Position numbers and translations under genes: made by a program | Source: Octopus vulgaris | Lineage: Eukaryota | NCBI GenBank assembly: GCA_951406725.2 | Contig: OX597833.1 | Coordinates: 30,628,001 to 30,692,000 of the forward strand | Reading direction: 5' to 3' | Length of the DNA stretch: 64,000 nucleotides | Notes under the pieces: generated by a model | Seen by the model: only the letters and a program-made list of their open reading frames with translations | The model's database searches: none | What the model was told of the DNA's origin: nothing | Shown here: piece after piece, positions 1 to 12,075 of the stretch | Numbering within the stretch: the stretch's first letter is position 1 | Layout: each line of letters opens with the position of its first letter

Positions 1-1630
1 GTCTTGATAAATATGCCAAGGCCACTTTCCAGAAAGGGAAACTGAAGACATCACATTCAGTGGTGTTAGATGTTGTCACAGTCATAAAAGAACTTGAGCA
101 GGAACAAACTTATAAATACCTCAAAATAAATGAGGGCTCTGGCATTCAACATGCAAGTATGAAAGAGATGATCAGGAAGGAGTGTTACAGGAGAGTTCAA
201 GCAGTCCTAAAATCCGAGTTAAATGCATGTAGCAAGTTGTTAGCTATGAATTCCTTAGCAGTTCTAGTTGATGTTTATATTTTTAATGTGTTGAACTGGA
301 ATATGAGTGAAATAAGGAAGATTGGCAAGAAAATCCATAAGCTGCTGACTTACAATAAGATGCACCACCCTAAGGCAGATGCAAATCGTTTTTACCTACC
401 CAGAGCTCAAGGAGGTCAAGGCTTGATGCAATTTTAAATCTACAAAACCACCACAATTGGACTGGTAAAATATCTCGAAACATCTAATGACTGGATGCTA
501 AAGCTCATTGAAAACCATGAAAGATGTAAGAAGTTTCATTCTGTTACGAAGGAGAGCAAAAAATTTTCAAGTGAGTTAATGCATAATACCCAGGTTGAAT
601 GGCATGAGGTAAGTGCAGTAACTGTAGTTGCAAAGAAGGTGAAATGAATAGGAGAACAAAATGCACTTGAACAATTGGCTGATAGGTGGGAATAAAAACC
701 TCTGCATAGCAAATATGCAGCCCATAGCAAACAAGCTGATGTTGACCAGAAGTTACACCTATCAGTGGCTACAGAGCTCAAGGATAACGGCAGAGAGTGA
801 AGGCTTTATCTTGGCTGCCCAAGATCAGAGCTTATTAACCCAGAACTATCAAGCCAATGTGATGAAAACTGGTGTAGACCCAAAGTGCTGATACTGCAAT
901 GAATGGATAGAAATAGTGGACCACCTAATCTCTGGATGTAAGGTTTTAGCACCTGTAGAGTATGATAGAGTTGGCCATTATTTACATTGGATGTGTCAGC
1001 ATAATAAATTCAAAACTGCTGACAAATGGTACAAGCACTACCCTGAGGCTGTAACTGAGGGAGAAAATGTAACCATTCTTTGGGACTTCCCAGTATGTAC
1101 AGACTGGACCATCAAGGCAAATAAACCAGATATTTTTGTGAAAGACAATAGCAATAAAGTCTGTTTATTGACTGACATGAGCATACCCTGTGACCATAAT
1201 AACTCAGCAAAAGAATTTTATAAGCTCAGAAAATATAAAGATTTTCTTATCAAAATCAAAAAGATGTGGCATCTCAAGATGGCTACAATACCAGTGATTG
1301 TAGGAGCACTCGGAATGATCAAAAAAGGAACTAAAAATTATTTAAGAATGATCCCTGGCTTACCATCCATGCAGGAAGTGCAAAAGATTGTCTTAAGTGG
1401 GATGTCACACATATTGAAAAGAGCATTGTCGCTCTGAATTTTCTTTACTTTTTTCCCCTTTGTTTTATTTGTTGACTTTTCTATTTTTATTTGTTCCTTT
1501 TTCTCTGTCACATGATTCTGTAAATGAACAATCTGGTGTGTTTGTTTTAATGGCCTACCAATGTATACAGTATGTTTCTCTGCTCTAGGTGTCAGGAAGA
1601 CACTCGGCAAGAAATGGAAACAGAACTGAA
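1..1630 (+). mobile_element. R4/Dong-clade non-LTR retrotransposon (RT C-terminus, CCHC knuckle, restriction-like endonuclease), frameshifted, 5' end outside window
   Basis: ORF pieces 60-437, 661-891 and 916-1437 give YKYL..., LYLPR..GG.GL-like, AAQDQ, C..C...E.VDHLISGC and the KPDI...D RLE motif. The 3' UTR ends directly in (TAA)n at 1631. Confidence 0.85.
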
Positions 1631-1663
<33 letters not shown>

Positions 1664-1667
<4 letters not shown>

Positions 1668-2284
1668 CATATTATCTCTGGCTGCCCAGTCCTGGCTAAG
1701 AAGGAATATATTCACAGACATGACAGAGTTGGGACCTACATACACTATGCCAACATTATGGAATAACAACAGAAAAAAGATGGTATAGGCACACACCAGA
1801 AAAGGTCACAGAAAACGAGAAAGCAACCATACCCTGGGATATGCCGATACACAGATAGAGAAATTAAGGCCAACAGACCAGATATAGTTGTCAGAGATCA
1901 TGAAGAAAAAAATGCTTTCTAATTGATGTATCAATACCAGCAGATAACAACGTGTCTCTAAAAGAAATGGATAAACTTTCAAAATACAAAGACCTGGAAA
2001 TAGAGGTGTCAGAATGTGGAATCTAAAAACAGAAACAATTCCTATCATAGTAGGTGCATTAGGCATGATAAAAAAATATTCAGACAAATACATAACAAAA
2101 ACACTAGGACTTACAAACACATATAACATACAGAAAATTGCACTACTAGGCACTGCACACATCCTACGCAGAACACTTTCCATACAATAACCATCAGAGC
2201 ATCACAACAAATCACAGCACATACCCAAGGCACACAGAGCTGCACTCGGTAGTGAAGTGAAAGCACACTATAAAAATAAAACTA

Positions 2285-2287
<3 letters not shown>
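1664..2287 (+). mobile_element. Second, 5'-truncated R4/Dong-clade LINE (RLE end plus 3' UTR) inserted in (TAA)n
   Basis: Reads HIISGCPVLAKKEYIHRHDRVG, ANRPDIVV, IPIIVGALGMI and KIALLGTAHILRRTLS. Flanked by (AAT)n at 1631-1663 and 2288-2337. Confidence 0.85.
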
Positions 2288-2338
<51 letters not shown>

Positions 2339-2384
2339 CGGAAGAAAATTTGAAGAAAGAAGGAAAAATAATAATAATAATGTT

Positions 2385-3370
2385 TTCTTTATTAATGACT
2401 AAAATTTTACAAGAAGATTGATAAATGGAACTGGCTGATACAATATAATACAATGTAGGGTTACATAAAAGTGAGTAAGCAGTAAAACAATAAAAATAAC
2501 AAAAAAAAAAAAAAATTCAAACAAGAAATAATTTCTCAGAAGTGAGGTGGGAGGAGCCTCCGAGGGCTGCTCATGGAAACCCCTCAAAACCATGGTCACT
2601 CTCACCACTAGGATAAATTCCTTCTTTGCATCCACCTCCTTCAGTTTACAGGTATGTGCTCAGAGTAAGCATGTTCACTCTGACCATCCTTGCCACTCTC
2701 ATCCACCTTTTAACAAATCTCCACCTTCACTTTCCCTTTCAATTTAAACTTGAAAAATTTGATGAAGGCCCAATCAGAGAGCAAGGTGTCTGTCTTCAAC
2801 CCTTTTAGTCTGGCTGACCACACAATGTCTTTTGCTAAGGCCACCGGACAGATAAATACTGCTTGTCCTTCTTGATCAAAGGAAGACAGTGAGACAATCT
2901 TCACAATAAACTCAACCGATAGCTGAATCTGCCAGTTGATTCTCATCAATGCCAAGTGTCTCTCCAAGAATGCCGTCATACCAATCCTCAACTGAATGCT
3001 GAAATGAAACTTGCACTGACCACAATGCCTAACTGGCAAAGGTTTGTGAATGCTTTACAACACTCTAGATGCCAGGCATTCTGCCTCAATCAACATTTGA
3101 TCCAGGACTGTAGCTCAATTCATCAGACAAACTGCAGAAAAGTAAGTCAGATGACCTGTGGCTACAACCACTCACTGTCAAGAAATTGCTAGAAATGCTG
3201 AAGCTTCATCAGTCACAGCCATACCCAGTCTGCTACTTAGCAGATGTTGACAACAAACAGAGCACCTGACCAGTGAAATGCATCCCTTTCACAAAACTCT
3301 TAAGAGCAAGTGTTGCAGTCTGATGAGCTGTAAATTGGCTGCTATGAGCACAACCACTATGTATTAGGAG
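2385..3370 (-). mobile_element. Degraded 3' end of an L1/Tx1-like LINE
   Basis: Broken minus-strand frames resemble the C-terminus of L1/Tx1 ORF2 and are followed by a T-rich tail with AATAAA near 2390. Family assigned by resemblance only. Confidence 0.4.
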
Positions 3371-3559
3371 TCACATGCATTGTAAACTTTAAATTGATTT
3401 AAATTGATCAGGAAATAATGGCTGCTCAAAGTGTTGTGTTTTGAAAAGCAATTTTATCATAGTATTTTAAGTGAATTTTGACATACTTAATGATTGATGT
3501 ATGCTCTTTAATAATTTTCTACTTATTTCAAACACAAAGCATTCTTGAAGCATAGGTAC

Positions 3560-4580
3560 CCTTAATTATGAACATGGCAAAAAAAGACCTTCCCTTACTT
3601 TCTTGCATGAGTTCAAGCTTGGGCACAATGCCTCCCAAACTGCTGCCAATATCAACAGAGCATGAGGAGAGGAGTCCACAAGTGATCACACAGTACGAAG
3701 GTGATTTCAGAAATTCCATAAGGGTGATGAGAACCTTAAAGATGAAGAAGGTAGAGGACAGTCATGCAATCTTGACAATGAGCTATTGAAAGCAATTGTT
3801 GAACAAAACCTACATCAAAGTGTCAGAAAAATATCTCAGGCACTTGGTGTTGGAATTGCAAAGGTCTCACACAATCTGCAGAAAATTGGTAAGATAAAAA
3901 GCTTGATAAATTGGTACTGCATGAGCTCAATGAAAATCAAAAAGTTCAGCATTTTGAAGTGTGCTTGATGCTTCTTTCTGCAAAACACCAATGATCCTTA
4001 TCTTGACAAAATAGTCACTTGTGACAAAAAGTGGATTCTTTATGATAACCATAAACAATCAGGTCAATGGCTTGATTGTGGTCAGTCCCCCAAACATTTT
4101 CCAAAGCCAAAGTTGCATGAGGTAAAGATTATGGTGACTGTCTGGTGGTCTGCAATTGGTTGTCCATTACAGCTTTCTGGAAGCCAATCAGAGCATTACA
4201 GCAGAGGTTTACTGCAACCAACTTGCTGAAATGTATGCTCATTTGCAAAAAATGAGACCTGCATTGGTGAATCGGCATGGCCCAATTCTGCTCCACGATA
4301 ATGCAAAGCTACATATTGCAAGAATGATGCTGCAAAAACTCACAAGCTTGGGATATGAGACTCTGCTACATCCTCCATATTCTCTTGATCTTTCACTCAT
4401 TGACTACCATCTTTTTAAACATTTAAACACGTTTTTAAGTGATAAAACTTTCAGGTCCAAACCAGAGGTGGATCATCTTTCAAAAATTTCTTAGCATCAA
4501 AGCCAATAAGTTTTTATCAATGAGGCATATATAATCTTGATTGATATCAAAGATGCATAGATGTTTAAGCTCATACTTTG
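3560..4580 (+). mobile_element. Mariner (D,D34D) transposase relic
   Basis: HTH region (HEFKLGHNA...), IVTCDKKWILYDN, HDNAKLH and HPPYSLDLSLIDYHLF across several frames. Confidence 0.9.
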
Positions 4581-4689
4581 ACTAATGAAAACATCAATTT
4601 TTCCAGAATAAAATTATGTTTCTCAAATCAGCTATTATTTTGGGAACCACCAGGGGTCTATGGGCCTCAGGTTAGGAATCACTGCTCTA

Positions 4690-5940
4690 GGTGGTCCTAT
4701 ATAATTATTTTCAAAATAGGATACAATTGACTGTGGAATAGCATCATCTACAAGTTGTTCATATCCATCTACAACATCATCAACTGGCAAGCAGGCAAGG
4801 GCAAAAAAACACCTCATTTTTAGACTAAAACTGTCATCTTCATGGTATCTGCCTTTTAGTCCTTCTTGTACAACATGCTTGTACACATTTTGTCCTAAAT
4901 GAAAAACAAGTGGCATGCCAAATTCAACCCAGGAAATGATTCCAGAAATCCATTATGGGTTGCTTTCTCAAAATCCATAATTATATTATCAGGTCCCTCT
5001 TTCTGCAGTAATTCATTTATTTTGACAAAAAGTCTACTATATGTGTCTTGACTTTTGTCAGAGAGTAGTGCAAATAATCGTAGGGCATTGAAATTATTAA
5101 TTTGAATGTGAAGTATATATAACTGAAAAAATATACTAGAGCAGCACTTAAACATTCCATCTACTGCCCAGTTCTTGTGCTGTTTTAACTGTCAAAGTGC
5201 TTCGTCACTTGCAAACATTAGTATTTGTTTTGAATCATCTGTCCCACTGTCATACTGTAAAAACGTTTCAGCATTGTCAAGGGAGGAGTACCCACTTGGA
5301 ATGGAAAGCCCAACATTTGTAAGTGGGGTGGCAGGATAGTTGGAATCAGCTTGCTTCCAACATTTAATATTCCTATTAAGCTGTGCAAATGGAGGTATTT
5401 GCAACAATGTACAGTTGTTTAAATTCTGAACTTCACTAACGATAACTGAACAAGGGGCATCATGAGATGAAATAGACTTTACTTTAATATTTGAAACTAT
5501 TATCCTTGCATTTACCTCTGCAGCAGTTGAAGTGTGATTATAGATCCCAATCTTCTTAAGCTCCTTATAATTTCCATCTGTTTGAAGTCTTGCCTTGCAT
5601 ACATGATTTTTGCACCTCCAGTATATCTTCAATCCATCTGCATTCTGCTTATTTTTTGTGTATATATAATTTTCTTGATTGACCACTTTGATTTTTCTTT
5701 TTTCTAAAGTTATGATTCTGCAGGTAATTGTGTTGATGGGTAGGCATGGGGAGTAAGAAAGGAAAAATGTATCTAAAACTGTCCAACAACAATTTTAATT
5801 CTAAAATGATTGTTCTAAACTTCCCTTGAAAATCAAATTTAAGAGTATTTTGGGACAAATTGGCCTGGGATCAAGGACAAATTGACTGGGGACAAATTAA
5901 CCAACAACAAAATAACTGAGGATGAATTGTCCTAGCACCC
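4690..5940 (-). mobile_element. Mutator-like (FLYWCH-MULE, Phantom-type) transposon relic
   Basis: FLYWCH-like IYWRCKNHVCKARLQT (5192-5686), then IIMDFEKA and CHL.HLGQN MULE motifs. Degenerate ~15-nt GGGACAAATTG.C subterminal repeats at 5850-5940. Confidence 0.8.
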
Positions 5941-7289
5941 GTGGGCTTTATGCAACACTTTGCCACTCTTGCCCAGAGTCACAGAAGGCTGACAAAATCC
6001 ATCCTACATTTTGACCCACTATTCATCCCAAACATGCTATTGAAGTGCTGCTGCAAAGCCAAACACATCTACTAGGAGTCAAGTAACATGTACCCATTAT
6101 CTTCAGCTTAGGACTAAATAGTGGCTTTGTTGTCACGTTGCACCTTCATCACTCAAGCCCATCCAACTGCTTTCATCCAATGTCTTAGAGTACACAACAT
6201 AAATTTGATAATGCAGCCTTTGTACATTGTGTTGAAGAATTGGTTGGTTAAAAGTGAATACTTTTCCTAAGCACCACTTCTAAATTTCTGACTATTCTAT
6301 TGTTCTCTATCATTATGACTTATCTAAACCTTATCACTTCTGCTCTAATACCCTTTTTTTTTTTAGAGGGAACTATCATTTGTTGTTAATTACTGGCCCT
6401 GTCAATGCCCACTTTTAACTAATTTTCTAATCTACAAGCTTGTCACACTGGGAGCAATACCTTCTGCATCAATGAACCCGGTCTCAGGTGTGGCACATTG
6501 ATTATCTTTTATTTTTACTCCCACCAAAGTAAAATGGTATAAGGACCAGTTCATCACTCTTTAGGTTTGTTGTGGAGTGATTCCTGGTCTTATCCCCTGT
6601 ACTTTACTTCCTGGTGACATAAGATTTGGTGCCTCAAATTCATCTGAGGCACTTTCCTTTTTGCATTGTGTCCCTTGCTCTATTTTCCTATTTTTTGTGG
6701 CTGTTATTTTGAAACCAACCTCAAAACCTCAAAACTAGTTTTGAGGTTGGTTTCTTGCAGGACAAATTTCAGTATGTTAGTATTTTGTCCATGTTAATGT
6801 TTTCCACATTAAAAAAAAAAATTGCTGATGATAAAACAAATGTTACTTTTATCTGACAGACAACATTGGTGAACTTTCTTATGCTAGATTTGCAAATTGT
6901 TGTATCTTCATTTATTTTGTGTTGGCATTAATGGTGGTGGTGACAATGGAAGTGGGATGTGCTGGAGTGTTAAAAGGACAAATGTAATATTTTGGATTTT
7001 CTGTTCAACATTCTCATCTTGCTTTTCTTGTCATTGTTGCTTTTATTTTTCTTCCTGTTGTTCTTTTCATTTAACTTGTTGTTGTTCCAGTCAGCAGTGG
7101 TAGTGGCAGTGGTGGTAGTGATGGGGTGCTTTCTTTTTAAAACAAGTTTTCCAATCTCTTATGTTACTCCCCTGACATTTTGTCAAAAAACTTTATTGCT
7201 ATTTTTAGAAAAATGGATAAATGTTACAAAACAAAACGCAAATTCCACCCCAAGGAGATGAACATTTCACAAAGCCAACAAAATCCAAT

Positions 7290-7385
7290 AACAACAAGTG
7301 TCTTGCTCAAGGACACAACACACCACCAGATATTGAACTCACAACCTACCGATTGTGAGCCGAATACCTTAACCACTGAGCCATA
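7290..7385 (-). mobile_element. tRNA-derived SINE head fragment
   Basis: Reverse complement reads ATGGCTCAGTGGTTAAGG...GTGAGTTCAAT...GTGTCCTTGAGCAAGACACTT (A box, B box, then SINE core). Confidence 0.6.
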
Positions 7386-8045
7386 TACCTTCAGATAAAA
7401 AAAAAATGTTTCATAAGAGATAACAAAAATGCTATTCAATAAAAGAGGTTAATGTTTGTATACATAACAATACAAACTTCAGATTTTCTGTCATGGTTAC
7501 AAACAGTTGCTTGTCCTATATGCAATTGTTAGACCATGCTGTTTATTCCTTTCATTAAAATACATTTGGAAATAATATATTATGCCCACTTCCACAAAGG
7601 TGTAAGATAGTAGAATTATATTATTTTGTTCTCACAATGGATATCAAATGTTATTAAGAAAATTAAGTCAATCAAAAACAGAAAAATATAATAAAAGCTG
7701 AAATGTGGTTATTATGAAAATAAATGCAACAATAAATAAAGTGAAAAATAAAAGAAATTTAATGAAAAATTTGGATACAAATTTGTTTGTCTTATGTTAA
7801 CAGTCAATCAGGTAAAGGTGGTATGGCCCAATTGCATAATATATACTTCTTTTTCTGCATTTCCTTAAAATCTAGTGTTCAAATAGATATCATGATTACG
7901 CAAGCCCATTGTGCAAAATTCTCATAAGTAAGGTCTTGATATTTCAAGAGCTTTCTTTTTTATTGTCAAATGTAGTCTGTTAATTTGATGTTTATTCAAT
8001 GTATGTAAAAGTATGGTTGTAGACTCTCGAACTTTTTTTTAATTA

Positions 8046-8908
8046 CGAAGAGGCATCCAAAAGTAAGCAAAACCATTCTTTGTGGGACAAGCCTGTTGTA
8101 GTTCCGGCTTTCGCCACTAGAAGCCACTTGATGTGACCCTCAGGCATCAATCTGCTGACTGGTGGTGTCAGGTGTAGTTGTACTACCATGTGATGGATCT
8201 TTGTTTTGTAGTGCTTCTCCCTTGTTCATCAATTTTTGCAATGGCTGAAACAAAAGAACAGTATGCTTCCATGAAATTTTGTTTCCTGCTGGGGAAAACG
8301 GTGGCTGAAACAGTTGTCATGCCTCAAACAGCTTACAAGGATGCTGCCATGAGCAAAACACAAGTTTACAAGTGGTTTCCATACTTTAGGAATGGTCACT
8401 TGTCACTTGAAGACCAACCTTGTTCCAAAATGAATACAAACATCATGAAAATTCATGAACTAATCTTGGAGGGCCATCACTAAAAATTGACAAACTTAAT
8501 ATGACTGGTGTGTCCTGGAGCTACTGCTAACGAATTTTGAGTGAGGAATTGCAAATGAAAAGAGTTGCTTGCCCACGGTATATGAGAAACAGTAATGACT
8601 GAATGCATGTCGTGAACTGAAAGAACAGCTGAAAGTTGATCTGGACCTTTTATGAAAGTCATCACTGGTGATGAAAGTTGATGCTATGGAATTTGCAGAT
8701 GTGGAAGAGGTGAAGAAAAAAATGCCAGAGGCATTAAAAGGCATCACTTCACAAGTATTCCTGCACTGCTTGAATAGGGGGAAATGCACCTGGACCAATG
8801 CATTGCTTCAAATGGAGAATACTTTGAAGGTGATAAAAATGTAAACATGTAAAACTAAGTGAATAAAATAATATTGCAAAATTCCAGTTTCTTTTGGGTA
8901 CCCCCTCG
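8046..8908 (+). mobile_element. Internally deleted mariner element with degenerate TIRs
   Basis: TA|CGAAGAGGCATCCAAAAG at the left end and CTTTTGGGTACCCCCTCG|TA at the right end. N-terminal HTH reads EQYASMKFCFLLGKTVAET...VYKWF, followed by a VITGDES motif. Confidence 0.85.
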
Positions 8909-10986
8909 TATAATCATATTTACATAATCATATTTACACACCATGTTAAAGTCTGGTTTTACAGAGGTAGCCTCTCCTTAATGAATTTAATAAATTAAAC
9001 TCTACTGGTAAGGCTTCTTTGTGTTGGTGCTTTGTCTGTATACTTTTTATATCTATCTATCCATATATGCATATATAATATATGCATAATACACACACAC
9101 ACACACACACAACATGTATGTCTATATGTATATGTAAGTGTGTGTGGGGAGAGTATATATGTATATACATACCCGATATTCAAATTTTGATTTTTTTTTT
9201 TTCTGTAAATTCTCAGTTCGAAAATGCAAGTGAAACGTAAATCAAAATCATTGTATAAATATAAAACACTATCAAACACAGAGACTGCCACAGAAAATTC
9301 AAGTTATCTACGAAATAAGTAAGTAACTATTTACTTGTTACATAACTATCTGTTGCATGTTTTGTTATATAAATCACTGCAGTGAACTCTCATGCAATTC
9401 TTCTTGTGTGATTATAGTACCTCTCTGCAAGTATTCTTTCATTTTCTTAAGCTTTTTAGTAACTTGATTGTAACCTTGCTATGGTACCACCTTTAAGGAT
9501 TTTGATCAATTATATTGATCTCAGTATTTTTTTCAGTTTGTTATTTATTTTATTGATCGCTATCAAATTGCTAAAAAGCATACTTTTTACCTAAAAGGGT
9601 GGAATTTGATGTTCTACATTATACAAATAAACATAAACATAGGACACATAAACATACACCTATAGGCAATAACGTATACCCACACATATATGTATATATG
9701 TTAGCCATAACACATACCCACATATATGTATATATGTTAGCAGAGTTGCCCGTGTTACATGCAATTGAAGAATTAGACTTTTCTGTTATATTTTCTGTAA
9801 TGAACTGGAATATCTATGTTTCGAATTTCATCAAAATTGCAGATGAGGGTTATCTCCCTCTTTACACACCCTAAAAAAAATTGTAATCGTGCCACATGTA
9901 TCCCATACTACTGATTTTTATGCACATATTCCAAAATTCCAGTCTTATTGAACCTGTTAAAAGGATTTTGCACCTGAAAAATGGTCATGGCACTCTAAAA
10001 TGTGAGAGATAAGGCCCCTGTTGGGGGTGGGTGTCTTAATGTCAACCAGAGAAGTTGAATTGTTGAGAATCTTTTTAACTTGGGTCTTATATCTATTGTT
10101 TGAATTTCTTTGAAATAGGAAATATATGTTCACTGGGTTTGTAAAAGAGAGCAAAGCTACAGGAAACCAAAAGACGAATGATCACAATAAGCAGTCAGTT
10201 ACCCTACCCTAGTCATTACCACTTCCAATGTAGGATTCCTCACCATCCAAGTGGCAGGCAGAGCCATAAGTTGCACTACGAATCTATAGCAATTGGAAGG
10301 GCGTGACCCAACTGAAATAAACATTAACAACTGTGTGACGTGAGGGCTAAGGAGAAATGAAAGTGTCACCTCTGGAGTTTGCAAATGACCACTATACTGA
10401 TATGTAACTGGACAGAATAAATTTACAATCTATAAATGTCTTTGAATAACCAGTCACTCATCTGGGAAGGCCTTGAAATCAATGTGACCATCTGGGGACC
10501 ATGTGTGACCCAGTGATAATAAAAAGACTGAAAGGAGGTCTGCAATCAAATAACTTTACTCAACACTTTGCAACTGAATCAGTGGAGGCAAAGATGCCTC
10601 TCATTTATTTGACAATTTATGTATCACATTGCAGAAATCACAATGTAAGTGTATGTCAAAGCAAAGTGTTACACTGTTGTACCATTGAATTACAAATAAT
10701 GCTCATCTTTTATGCTTGGGTAACCCTACAGCTTCCAAGAGTACAACTGTATTCGTCTTTGCTTATAAGAAGATGAAATTTTATAAATATTACTTCATTT
10801 GTGTCTAATATCTGTGATTAAAATTTCATCAACAGCAAAAATATATGAATTGTAATGGGGGTTATGGCCCTTATGCATAGAATATAATTTCCAAATTTCA
10901 TAAAGATCCATTCAGTACTTTTCAACTAGTTTTGAATCATAAGAGAAATGACTAAAATGTGGGAGTTAAGGCCTCCATTAGGGTGT

Positions 10987-11011
10987 TATATATATATATA
11001 TATATATATAT

Positions 11012-11102
<91 letters not shown>

Positions 11103-11125
11103 TAGATACACACACACACACACAT
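10987..11125. repeat. Compound microsatellite (TA)n(TAGA)n(CA)n
   Basis: Directly visible. Confidence 0.95.
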
Positions 11126-11391
11126 ACAAAAATAAATTGATAGATACAACTGAGTGGGCAAACAAATATGAGCCTAGTGCTTTTTTTATGTTGATAAGCC
11201 TGGTACTTATTCTATTAGTTTGTTCTTGTGAAACCAGTAAGTTATGGGGATGTAAATAAATGAACAGCAGTTGTGAAGCAGTGATGAGGGAGAAACACAG
11301 AGATAAAGATACACACATACACTTACATATATACATACATATATATATACGATTGATTTGTTTCAGTTCCTGCCTATGAAATCCATATATA

Positions 11392-12075
11392 TTGTTGTTG
11401 GCATCCTTTTTGTCTCGGGAGACAATGGAGTTGTGCATAAAATAATCTAGTCCGGCTTTTACATTTCATGTCCTAATACATCTCCTGCTGTGGCTGTGAA
11501 GTCCTATCCTGAACAAACACTCCCTCTGGCAGGTACCGCAAATGTAGCGAAGACTTTGCCTGGCTAGTTGTAATGTAACAGTTTCTTGTTGACATCTTTT
11601 CTTGTCGTTCAATTTCTCCTCTCTCTCTCTATGTTACTCCTTTGTGTTCCTTCTTTTACGGTATGTTGCCAATCTCCACGGTTGCTGGCAACTGCTTCCC
11701 AGTTGGTAATATTGATGTTGCAGGCATTCATGTCCCTTTTGCAAACATCCTTGTATTGTATGAAAGGTCTTCCCATAGACCTAGTGCCCCTAGCAAGCTC
11801 TCTGTAGAGTATGTCCTTGGGGATTCTGCCATCTCCCATAGGGATAACATGTCCAAGCCATCTTATACGTCATTGTGTGAGGAGTGCAAACATGCTTGAT
11901 ACTCCTGCTTGCTTGAGGACATCTTTGTTGGGGACATGATTCTGCCATTTGATGCAAAGGATTTTCTGGAGGCAGTGCAGGTGAAAGATATTTAGGCGAC
12001 ACTCTTGACGTATGTATGGTGTCCAAGTCTCACTTCCATACAGTAGAGTGCTAAGTACACATGCCTAGTAAATCT
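11392..12075 (-). mobile_element. 5'-truncated RTE/BovB-type LINE (C-terminus and 3' tail)
   Basis: Minus strand reads ACVLSTLLYGSETWT, MGDGRIPKDILY.EL..G.R..GRP, then the C2H2 finger CGTCQRECLFRIGLHSHSRRC. The tail is TCCATTGTCTCCCGAGACAAAAAGGATGCC(AAC)n. Confidence 0.85.

Noticed and set aside
9730-10980. Helitron-like element or upstream exon of the host gene
   Set aside because: The ends are suggestive, but I could not establish a coding motif, reliable boundaries or a phase-compatible exon.
12061-12075. ATG at 12061 as the true ORF2 start
   Set aside because: It lies in the antisense of the adjacent BovB-type LINE (CAT of ...GCATGTGTA). The RTE endonuclease is 5'-truncated.
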